This document shows, piece after piece, positions 55,868 to 64,000 of a stretch of 64,000 nucleotides of DNA. Source of the DNA: Candidatus Eiseniibacteriota bacterium (lineage in GTDB: Bacteria; Eisenbacteria; RBG-16-71-46; JABDJR01); contig CAVXKA010000001.1 in the NCBI GenBank assembly GCA_963762255.1, positions 1,659,984-1,723,983 of the forward strand, written 5' to 3'. Position 1 is the first letter of the stretch. Each line of letters opens with the position of its first letter. The notes beneath the pieces were generated by a model. The model was not told the DNA's origin, searched no databases, and worked only from the letters and a program-made list of their open reading frames with translations. A program made the position numbers and the translations under genes.

Positions 55868-58827
55868 CGGCTCTTCTCCGCCAGATACGCGTGGATGGCG
55901 TCGGCCGCCTTGCGCCCCGAGCGGATCGCGTGGGCGACGGTGCCGAAACCATTGGACAGATCGCCGCCCGCGAAGACGCCCTTCAGATTCGTCGTATTGG
56001 AGAAATCCGTGGTCACCAGACCCTGATCGCGACGCAGCGTGGGGGGAAGATCCGAGAACCCGGCGCGCTCGCCCACCGCCGTCACCACCTGGTCGTATTC
56101 CTCGACGTACTCGGAACCCGGCATCGCCACCGGCCGCGGCCGGCCGCTCGCGTCCGGCGCGCCCGGCTTCATCCGCGTGAAGGTGACCTTGAGCCGCCCT
56201 CCCGCCAACTCGATGCGTGTGGGCGCGGCGAAGGGAATGATCTCGATGCCCTCCTTCACGAGGTCGCGCACATCCTCGGGGATGGCGGGCATGTCCTCCA
56301 GGGCTCGCCGGTAGACGACGATCGGCGTGGCGCCGACCCGCTTCACGGAGCGCGCGACGTCGACCGCGGTGTTGCCGCCGCCCACCACCAGCACGTGCTT
56401 GCCGATCTCGGTCTTGCGGCCGAAATTGAGGTCGCGCAGGAGGCTCACGCCGTGCACGACGCCGCTCAGATCTTCGCCCGGGATCCCCATGGGGCGCGCC
56501 TCCGAGAACCCGGTGGCGATGAAGATCGCGTCGAAGTCGCGGTCGAGCTTCTCGAACGGAACGTCGCGCCCCACCGTGACGCCGGGACGGAAGGCGACGT
56601 TCAACTCGCGCAGGCGATCCAGCGACTGATGCAGGATCTCGCGAGGAAGACGGAACGCGGGAATGCCTGCGGTGAGCATGCCGCCGATCTCGGGGAGCTG
56701 CTCGAAGAGCGTCACCGGATAGCCCTGCCGGGCCAGATAGTAGGCGGCGGTGAGGCCGGCCGGGCCGCTCCCCACGATCGCGACCTTTCCGTTGCGGGGC
56801 TCCGGTGCCGTTCCGCGGTCGAGCCCGTGCTTCAAGCCGTGATCGCCAAGGAAGCGCTCCACCGCGCGGATCGAGACTCGCTTGCCCTTGCCGTTGTGGA
56901 ATTCCTTGCCGAGCGCGCCGAAGCGCTCGTCGACGATCTTGCGCAGGTCGAGGCCCAGCGCATTCACATCCAGCTCGCACGGATGGGGGCACACCCTCCC
57001 GGTGATGGCCGGGAACGGATTGGTCTTGAGCAGCGACGTGTACGCCTCGTCGTAGCGTCCTTCCAGCGCGAGCTGGAGGAACCCGCCGACATCGTTCGCC
57101 GCGGGGCAGTTCCAGCACACCTGCTGGCAAACGCTGCAGCCGTTGCACAGCTCGGTGTTGACGCTCGGTGTGTGCTCCGCAAACCCGATGGCCGGGCAGC
57201 CCACCGAGAGACACGCTTCGCAGTGCGTGCAGATCCTGGCGTCCACCACGACCGGCGGGCCGAACACGAGGCGTTCGTGGAGCACGCATCCGTTCTGCAC
57301 CACGATCACCGAAAAGTCGTCCGCCTCCATCTCGTCGCGAATTACCTTTTCCAGATCCATGAGGTGGTAGGCGTCGGCGGTGCGCACGCGTTTCACGCCG
57401 ACCGCGCGGGCCAGCGCGGGGATGTCGACCCGCGGTGCGGCCTCGCCGGAGAGGCGCTTGCCCGTGGCGGGATGCTCCTGATGACCGGTCATGGCGGTGG
57501 TGCGGTTGTCGAGCACGAGGAGCGTGCCGCCGCCGCCGTTGTAGACCGCGTCGATGAGGCCGGTAATGCCGGAGTGGATGAACGTGGAGTCGCCGATGAC
57601 CCCCACGACGCGCTTCGCGTCCTCGGCGGGGAGCGTGCGCGATAGCCCGGAGAGCATGCCGACGCTTGCCCCCATGCACAGGCAGCTATCCATGGCGTTC
57701 AAGGGTTGCAGCGCGCCGAGCGTGTAGCAGCCGATGTCGCCCGCGACGATGAGGTCGAGCTGCTTGAGCACGCTGAACACGCCCCGATGGCCGCAGCCGG
57801 CGCACAGCACCGGCGGCCGCGGCGGGAGCGAGACCCCCTCCAGCGCCGGCGGGAGCGGGATCGGCGGCGTCTTCTCGAGCATCGCCCGCACGATCTCGGG
57901 ATTGAGTTCGCCGGTGTCGGGCCGCAGATCTCGGCCCTCGACCGTGATCCCCATGGCGCGGATCTGCTCCTCGAGATACGGGTCGAGCTCCTCGATGACG
58001 ATGAGCCGCTCCACCGACTCCGCGAACTCGCGGATCAACGACTCCGGCAGCGGGTTGGTCAAACCGAGCTTCAGGTGCGAGACCTCGGGGAACGCCTCCA
58101 TCGCGTAGAGCCACGCGGCACCCGAGGAGACGATGCCGATGTCGCGGCGGCGGAAGCGCACCGAGTTGATGTGCTTCAAGCACGACGCGTCCACCTTGAG
58201 CTCGCGCATGCGCTCCTCGACGACCAGGTGACGCCGACGCGCATTGGCGGGGAGGAGCACGAACTTGCCAGGATCGCGGTGGAAGGGTCGGGGTTCTGCT
58301 GCGCGCGGTTCGGAGAGTTCCGCCTCGCCCACCGCGTGACAGACGCGGGTCGTCATGCGCAGCATGACCGGCGTGTCGTAGTCCTCGGAGATCTCGAACG
58401 CGATGCGCGTGTACTCCTTGGCTTCCGCGGTGGTGGAGGGCTCGAGCATGGGGATCTTGGCCGCCTTGGCCAGCCAGCGGTTGTCCTGCTCGTTCTGCGA
58501 CGAGTGCATGCCCGGGTCGTCGGCGGACACCACGACCAGGCCCGCGCCCACCCCCATGTAGGAGTGACTGAAGAGGGGATCGGCGGCGACGTTCAAGCCG
58601 ACGTGCTTCATGGTGACGAGCGCGCGCGCGCCGCCCAGGCTCGCGCCCACTGCGGACTCGTAGGCGACCTTTTCGTTGGGCGCCCAGCGCGCGTCCACTC
58701 CCGGGTACTGGGCGAGGCTTTCGAGGATCTCGGTGGAGGGCGTGCCCGGGTACCCGGAGCCGAACGTGACCCCGCACTCGTAGGCCCCGCGGGCCACAGC
58801 CTCGTTACCGGAAAGGAGCTTCTTCAT
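55864..58827 (-). CDS. iorA: indolepyruvate:ferredoxin oxidoreductase alpha subunit fused to a GltD-like FAD/NAD(P) oxidoreductase
   Basis: LLSGNEAVARGA, YPGTPSTEI, MKHVGLNVAADP, RPPVLCAGCGHR, GDIGCYTL, GDSTFIHSG, ferredoxin motifs; then NPFPAITGRVCPHPCE, IVGSGPAG, GIPAFRLP, GGGNTAVD, GVFAGGD. Confidence 0.9.
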   Translation of the reverse strand: MKKLLSGNEAVARGAYECGVTFGSGYPGTPSTEILESLAQYPGVDARWAPNEKVAYESAVGASLGGARALVTMKHVGLNVAADPLFSHSYMGVGAGLVVVSADDPGMHSSQNEQDNRWLAKAAKIPMLEPSTTAEAKEYTRIAFEISEDYDTPVMLRMTTRVCHAVGEAELSEPRAAEPRPFHRDPGKFVLLPANARRRHLVVEERMRELKVDASCLKHINSVRFRRRDIGIVSSGAAWLYAMEAFPEVSHLKLGLTNPLPESLIREFAESVERLIVIEELDPYLEEQIRAMGITVEGRDLRPDTGELNPEIVRAMLEKTPPIPLPPALEGVSLPPRPPVLCAGCGHRGVFSVLKQLDLIVAGDIGCYTLGALQPLNAMDSCLCMGASVGMLSGLSRTLPAEDAKRVVGVIGDSTFIHSGITGLIDAVYNGGGGTLLVLDNRTTAMTGHQEHPATGKRLSGEAAPRVDIPALARAVGVKRVRTADAYHLMDLEKVIRDEMEADDFSVIVVQNGCVLHERLVFGPPVVVDARICTHCEACLSVGCPAIGFAEHTPSVNTELCNGCSVCQQVCWNCPAANDVGGFLQLALEGRYDEAYTSLLKTNPFPAITGRVCPHPCELDVNALGLDLRKIVDERFGALGKEFHNGKGKRVSIRAVERFLGDHGLKHGLDRGTAPEPRNGKVAIVGSGPAGLTAAYYLARQGYPVTLFEQLPEIGGMLTAGIPAFRLPREILHQSLDRLRELNVAFRPGVTVGRDVPFEKLDRDFDAIFIATGFSEARPMGIPGEDLSGVVHGVSLLRDLNFGRKTEIGKHVLVVGGGNTAVDVARSVKRVGATPIVVYRRALEDMPAIPEDVRDLVKEGIEIIPFAAPTRIELAGGRLKVTFTRMKPGAPDASGRPRPVAMPGSEYVEEYDQVVTAVGERAGFSDLPPTLRRDQGLVTTDFSNTTNLKGVFAGGDLSNGFGTVAHAIRSGRKAADAIHAYLAEKSR

Positions 58828-59138
58828 GCCGCCACCCTGCTTCGCATCGGGGAAAGTCGTCCTGGGGCCCATCGTATCGGACCTGTCGCCGAAATCGTCT
58901 AGAGATATGCGGGATAAGGACTATTCACGAGGTGGATGAAGGCGGCCGCGGGAGGCGAAAAGCCATGCGGGGAGTCATGATTCGGCCGCCGGCGCCCCCG
59001 CGAGGGGACGATAATATCGAAACGGGTTATTGACGGGGGCGAAGTCGGGCCGCATTCAGTAAGGTCAGTGCCGGTTTGGTATGCATCCTCCGGCCCATTT
59101 ATCCGGGGGTGTCAGAAGTGAAGAAGGGAGTGAGAGAC

Positions 59139-60458
59139 ATGGCGACCTTGAAGCAGACGTTGTTGAAGAAAATGGAGGAGCACCGTCCTCGCATCACCTC
59201 GCTGGTGAAGGAGCACGGGAAGGTGAAGATCGGCGAGGTCACCATCGACCAGGCCATCGGTGGGGCCCGCGACGTGAAGTGCCTGGTGACCGACATCTCC
59301 TACCTCGACCCGCTGGAAGGGATTCGTTTCCGCGGCAAGACCATCCCGGAGACCTTCGACGCCCTGCCCAAGGTGCCCGGCTGCGAGTATCCCTACGTCG
59401 AGGGGTTCTGGTACTTCTTGCTCACCGGCGACATCCCCACCATGGCGCAGACGCTCGAGGTGGTCGAGGACTTCAAGGCCCGCGCCGAGCTTCCCCAGTA
59501 TGTGATCGACGTGCTGCGCGCGATGCCGCGCGACACGCACCCCATGACCATGTTCTCCACCGCCATCCTCGTCATGCAGCGCGAATCGGTGTTCGTGAAG
59601 CGCTACAACGAGGGGATGAAGAAGATGGAGTACTGGGATCCGATGTACGAGGATTCCACGACGATCATGGCGCGCGCGCCTCGGATCGCGGCCTACATCT
59701 ACCGGATGAAGTACAAGAGCGACGTGCACATTCCGGCGGATCCCAAGCTCGACCTGGGCGGGAACTTCGCCCACATGATGGGCTTCCCGAAGCCGTACGA
59801 CGACGTGGCCCGGATGTACTTCATCCTCCACTCCGATCACGAGTCGGGAAACGTCTCCGCGCACACCACGCATTTGGTGGCCTCGGCGCTGTCCGACGCG
59901 TACTACTCGCTGTCGGCGGGCATGAACGGCCTGGCCGGACCGCTGCACGGCCTGGCGAACCAGGAAGTGTTGTCCTGGGTGATGAAGTTCCAGACCAAGC
60001 TCGGCGGCAAGGAGCCGACGGCGGAGCTGGTGAAGCAGGCTCTTTGGGACACCCTCAACGCCGGTCAGGTCATCCCCGGCTACGGGCACGCGGTGCTGCG
60101 CAAGACCGATCCGCGCTACGTGGCTCAGAACGAGTTCTCGAAGAAGCACCTGCCGACCGACCCGCTCTTCAAGCTCGTCAACATGATCTACGAAGTGGCG
60201 CCGGGCGTGCTCACCGAGCACGGCAAGACCAAGAACCCGTGGCCGAACGTGGACGCGCACTCCGGCGTGATCCAGTGGTACTACGGCCTGCGGGAGTGGG
60301 ACTTCTATACGGTGCTGTTTGGGGTGGGGCGCTCGCTGGGCGTGCTCGCCAACATCACGTGGGATCGCGGTCTGGGTTACGCGATCGAGCGGCCGAAGTC
60401 GGTGACGACGGCCATGCTCGAGAAGTGGGCTCAGGAGGCGATGCAGGCGGCGAAGTAG
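59139..60458 (+). CDS. gltA: citrate (Si)-synthase, eukaryote-like type
   Basis: SYLDPLEGIRFRG, HSDHESGNVSAH, GLAGPLHGLANQEV, PGYGHAVLRKTDPRY, KNPWPNVDAHSG, IERPKS. Confidence 0.95.
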   Translation: MATLKQTLLKKMEEHRPRITSLVKEHGKVKIGEVTIDQAIGGARDVKCLVTDISYLDPLEGIRFRGKTIPETFDALPKVPGCEYPYVEGFWYFLLTGDIPTMAQTLEVVEDFKARAELPQYVIDVLRAMPRDTHPMTMFSTAILVMQRESVFVKRYNEGMKKMEYWDPMYEDSTTIMARAPRIAAYIYRMKYKSDVHIPADPKLDLGGNFAHMMGFPKPYDDVARMYFILHSDHESGNVSAHTTHLVASALSDAYYSLSAGMNGLAGPLHGLANQEVLSWVMKFQTKLGGKEPTAELVKQALWDTLNAGQVIPGYGHAVLRKTDPRYVAQNEFSKKHLPTDPLFKLVNMIYEVAPGVLTEHGKTKNPWPNVDAHSGVIQWYYGLREWDFYTVLFGVGRSLGVLANITWDRGLGYAIERPKSVTTAMLEKWAQEAMQAAK

Positions 60459-60515
60459 TTCGCCTCTGTCGAGGGGCGCGGCTGTTCGCGCTCTGCGGTT
60501 CATGTCGAGTAATGC

Positions 60516-60547
60516 GAAGGCCCCGGCCGGAAACGGCCGGGGCCTTC
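60516..60547. terminator. hairpin between convergent gltA and cytochrome c genes
   Basis: GAAGGCCCCGGCCG-GAAA-CGGCCGGGGCCTTC, perfect 14-bp stem with GNRA loop. Confidence 0.7.
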
Positions 60548-60571
60548 TCGTGCGCTGGAAGTCGAGTTCGA

Positions 60572-61964
60572 CTACAGACTGCGCATGAACGCGACCAGGT
60601 CCTTCTTCTCTTCCGCGCTCAGGCGAAGCTGTTGGACCAGGTTGAAGTACTCCACCGTGTCCTCCAGGGTCAGGCAGCGCGCCGTCGTGAAGGTAGGGCG
60701 GGGAGTCCTTGATCCCCCGGAGCGGGAAGGTCTTGATGGCGCCGTCATGGGCCATCATCATCCCGTTCACCAGCTCCAACTTGTAGAAGCGCTCGGCCTT
60801 CAGGTCGTGCATGCTGTTGTCGGTGTAGTACGGGCCCGGGTGACACGACGCGCATCGGGCCTTGCCGTTGAAGAGCGCCTCGCCCTTGAGTTCGGAGGGC
60901 GTGGCCATGGCGGGATCCAGCTCCCCATAGATGTTCAGCTTGGAGGCCGGCGGAAAATCGAGGATCGCCAGGAACTCCGCCATGAAGTGGACCTGGGAGC
61001 CGCGCTCCAGGATGTTGACGCCCTTCTTGGCGGCCATGCACATGTCGCCGTCGAAGTAGGCGGCCCGCTGCTCGAACTCCGTGAAGTCCTCGACCGTCTT
61101 CAGCGCGCGTTGCGACCCGAAGAGGCGCTGGATGTTCACGCCGCGCAACGTCGGAGTGTTGATGCGGTGACGGAACTCCTGGGGCCGGATGTCCCCGACG
61201 AGGTGGGTGGCGTCGTTGGTGTGACCGTTGACGTGGCAGTCGAAGCAAGTCACGCCGAGCATACCGTCAGCACGGTCGGTCCGTCGGTCCTCGGTGGCGT
61301 TGAATTGCTGTTGGGGGAACTGCGTGAGCAAGAGCCGGAGCCCCTCCAACTGCTTCGGGTTGAGGATGCCGTTGAAGATCTCGTAGAAATTGTTGATCGT
61401 GATGAGGCGGCCCTTGGCCACGTCGCCCAGATCCGGGCGGGTGGTGAGGTAGATGGCCGGCGCGGGATCCGGCAAGACATGCTCGGGCAGGTCGAAGTCC
61501 ACATCGAACCGGGCGAGCCTCGGCAGGAGCTTCAGCGTCATCTGCGGGAAGAGCATGCCTCCCTCGGCGTGGTCGGGGAACGGCAGAGGCTTGTACGGGA
61601 AGTTCCCCTTATCCTTGATCTGCGCCGGAGTCATCTGATCGAACTGTTCCCAGCCGCCGTTAGCGAGCTTGGCCGTCGGCCCCACCGGGATAGGCTTGCC
61701 GCCGGACATCTTGATACCCGGATCGGTTTTCGCTGCAAGGTCGTACCTCGCGCGAAGCAAGTCTGCGTGGGCTTTGGCCCGCTCCGCCTTGACGGCCAGG
61801 CGCGCGGCCTTGATTTGCTCGAACGTCTGCGTCTGGTTGATCGGTCCATAGCTCGACGTGACCCCTCCCTGCTGAGCAGGCGCCGCGACGGCCACTGCCA
61901 TCACGAACAAGGTCACGAGCGCGCCCGCCAAAACGATCATGCGGCGCTTCCGTGAATTCATCAT
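60572..61964 (-). pseudogene. exported di-heme cytochrome c (peroxidase/MauG-like) with a +1 frameshift near 60680
   Basis: Signal peptide, CFDCH and CASCH, KTFPLRGIKDSPPYLHDG; skipping one base gives RCLTLEDTVEYFNLVQQLRLSAEEKKDLVAFMRSL-stop at 60572; could be a sequencing error. Confidence 0.8.
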
Positions 61965-62141
61965 GAAGTCCTCCTCTCAATATCGTCACAGGCATCCGCC
62001 TGCGTGATTAGTCTAGGAACACCGTCACCTAGTAGACACTCGGCGGGTGGATCTTTCCAGAGTATTCAGCGGCCGATCCAGGGTGGGAACCGCAAACCCG
62101 ACCGGGCCGGTCTCCTTTGGTCGGCGCTTACGTCCGCGCTG

Positions 62142-62534
62142 CTATGCCGACCCGTCAAGCAGCCACTGCTCGCCTTCCGAGAAACTCTTGAACACCTTCA
62201 TCAATTGCGGCAAACCGACCCTATCCGCATCCGACAGTATCTCGTGCATCCTCAGCATACCGAAGGCAAGATCCCCCGCAACGATGTGCGCCGCCCGTGC
62301 AGCACCTCTTTCCGGATAGTGCTTTCGAATACTGATGATACTTCTGAAGAAATCGGAATCCGTGGCTTGGAATTCCATTTCCCGGAAATCCCACAAGGTG
62401 GCGATGTCAGGAGGATACTGATCTGAGTGCGTGATCTCCTCCAAAGTCGCTCGAAACTCTTCAAGAGTGAGAGGGCCCCGCACCGTCACAACGAGTATCC
62501 CCTTCTCGCGGTCAAGGCGGAGATCGGTCGGCAT
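62142..62534 (-). CDS. small hypothetical protein (STAS/SpoIIAA-like)
   Basis: RBS AGGAG; ILVVTVRG, LWDFRE, AFGMLRM, VFKSFSEGEQWL; locally lower GC. Confidence 0.65.
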   Translation of the reverse strand: MPTDLRLDREKGILVVTVRGPLTLEEFRATLEEITHSDQYPPDIATLWDFREMEFQATDSDFFRSIISIRKHYPERGAARAAHIVAGDLAFGMLRMHEILSDADRVGLPQLMKVFKSFSEGEQWLLDGSA

Positions 62535-62718
62535 TGCGTTCTCCTTTGAGGAGCACCTACACCGTCACACCACCATGCGGAGCAGTATAACGCCGCGGTA
62601 GAAACGCCGCACCGCCAGCCCCCCCCCGCGCATGCTGCCAGGAACGCAGGCACCCACCTTGCTATACTGCCGTGCCGCACGCGCCTCCAGGAACCTCACC
62701 GCCGGAAAGGAGATCTCG

Positions 62719-64000
62719 ATGGGAGCCGACGCATCCGCCAGCCACGATCTCCTCGCCCGCCTCAGCGAAGGAGCGGACGCGGTCGCGACGGAGGGGGCCC
62801 TCGAATCCCTGACCGAGGGGCGCCTGGACGGCGCGCTGGACGATCGGCGCGTTCTTGAGGCCCTGGCTGTACTCGGCGACCGCATCGCCGCCGCGTTGGA
62901 GGCGAACTCGACCGCTGGCATGAGTGCCGACCCCGCTCCCGCCGAATCCCACGCCGCCCACCAACATCACGCCGATCTCTGGCTCGACGCCGTTCGCCGC
63001 CCCGCCGTGCTGCGGCGCATCGTCGCCGCCAGCGCTATCGACCTCTGGATGGCCCGCATCCTGCGCGTACTCGACGCGTCCCGCTTCACGGTGGCCCGCC
63101 TCCTCGCGCAGCGCGCCGAGCGCTACGGCCCCCGCACCCTCTTCAAAGAGACCGTGCGTGGCCGCGAGGTCAACCATAGCTGGATCGAAGTGATCACCCG
63201 GGTGGACCAGCTCGCTTGCGGGCTTCTGGCGCTGCGCGACGAGCACGGCACGGCGCCGATCGCCGTCCTCTCCGAGAACCGCTTCGAAATGGCGCTGGTC
63301 GATCTCGCCTGTCTCGGCACCGGCCTCGTCAACCTCATGATCCCCGCCGCCACCACCGAGACCGACGTGGCTTACATCCTCGCCCAAGCGGAGGCGGGTG
63401 TGGCGGTGGTCTCCACCGAAGAACAGCTCCGCAAAATCGAGCCCCATCGCCGGGAACTCCCCGCGCTGCGCGCGATCGTGCTCATGGATCGCACCACTAC
63501 TCCCGTGTCCGGCGTCCTCTCCCTGGCTGAGCTCGCGGCTCTCGGCAGGCCGGTCACGCCCGAGCGCCTCGCCGGCGAGCGTGAAGCCATCGACCCGCGC
63601 GCGCTGGCTACCGTCATGTACACCTCGGGCACCACCGGCCGCCCCAAGGGGATCTGTTTCTCGCAGCGCAACATCGTCTCCAAGCGCTTCGCGCGCGCGC
63701 TGGCGCTCCCCGAAATCGGCGATCACGACGTCTTCCTCTGCTTCCTTCCGCTCTTCCATACCTTCGGCCGCTACTTCGAACTCATGGGTTGCGTCTTCTG
63801 GGGCGCCACCTACGTGTTCCTCGAAGATCCCTCGCTGGACACGCTCCGCGAGACCATGCGTCGCGTGCGTCCGACGGTGTTCATCTCCGTCCCCAAGAAA
63901 TGGATGCAACTCTGGGAAGAGATCGGCCGCCGCGCCGACTTCGAAACGGACTCGGACGAGACGCTGCGCACCGCCACGCGCGAGCTGGTGGGGGATCGCC
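62719..64000 (+). CDS. long-chain acyl-CoA synthetase / AMP-dependent ligase (3'-truncated by window edge)
   Basis: Not in the ORF track (no stop); RBS AAGGAG, upstream TGcTATACT; AVLSENRFE, ATVMYTSGTTGRPKG, FLPLFHTFG, RPTVFISVP. Confidence 0.88.
   Translation, partial: MGADASASHDLLARLSEGADAVATEGALESLTEGRLDGALDDRRVLEALAVLGDRIAAALEANSTAGMSADPAPAESHAAHQHHADLWLDAVRRPAVLRRIVAASAIDLWMARILRVLDASRFTVARLLAQRAERYGPRTLFKETVRGREVNHSWIEVITRVDQLACGLLALRDEHGTAPIAVLSENRFEMALVDLACLGTGLVNLMIPAATTETDVAYILAQAEAGVAVVSTEEQLRKIEPHRRELPALRAIVLMDRTTTPVSGVLSLAELAALGRPVTPERLAGEREAIDPRALATVMYTSGTTGRPKGICFSQRNIVSKRFARALALPEIGDHDVFLCFLPLFHTFGRYFELMGCVFWGATYVFLEDPSLDTLRETMRRVRPTVFISVPKKWMQLWEEIGRRADFETDSDETLRTATRELVGDR

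Noticed and set aside
59112-61964. 950-aa ORF read as a giant cytochrome fusion
   Set aside because: The C-terminal half is the antisense of gltA and arises from the single-base frameshift near 60680

Overview
GC-rich (~70% by eye) chromosomal window of a diderm bacterium; the lineage cannot be fixed from this window alone. From left to right it contains: (1) the end of the dcw cluster (murF-mraY-murD-ftsW-murG-murC-ftsQ-ftsA-ftsZ, no murB/ddl), in which MurG carries an in-frame ~405-aa low-complexity N-terminal extension, followed by a TPR gene, rpmB and recG; (2) a signalling region with a zinc-ribbon/RomX-like protein, an XRE-cupin regulator, an NtrC-type two-component pair, an unannotated sigma54-driven Cys-rich microprotein and an orphan MglA-type GTPase with a long tail; (3) a regulatory block (PAS kinase, sigma54 activator, FlhG-like ATPase, FliA/WhiG sigma28, GAF-degenerate GGDEF, hybrid kinase) with no flagellar structural genes; (4) a Wzx/Wzy/Wzi capsule or EPS cluster with an embedded ACP-FkbH-acyltransferase cassette; (5) iorB, an IorA-GltD-like fusion, a eukaryote-type citrate synthase, a frameshifted di-heme cytochrome c and a partial acyl-CoA ligase. 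The strongest candidate for a new system is an inferred flagellum-independent sigma54 -> FlhG/FliA -> sigma28 cascade. It is supported by a sigma54 promoter before flhG, sigma28-like promoters before mglA, the hybrid kinase and the EPS genes, and Ala-Ala C-termini (ClpXP-degron-like) confined to members of this module. No rRNA, tRNA, CRISPR array or transposase was recognised.
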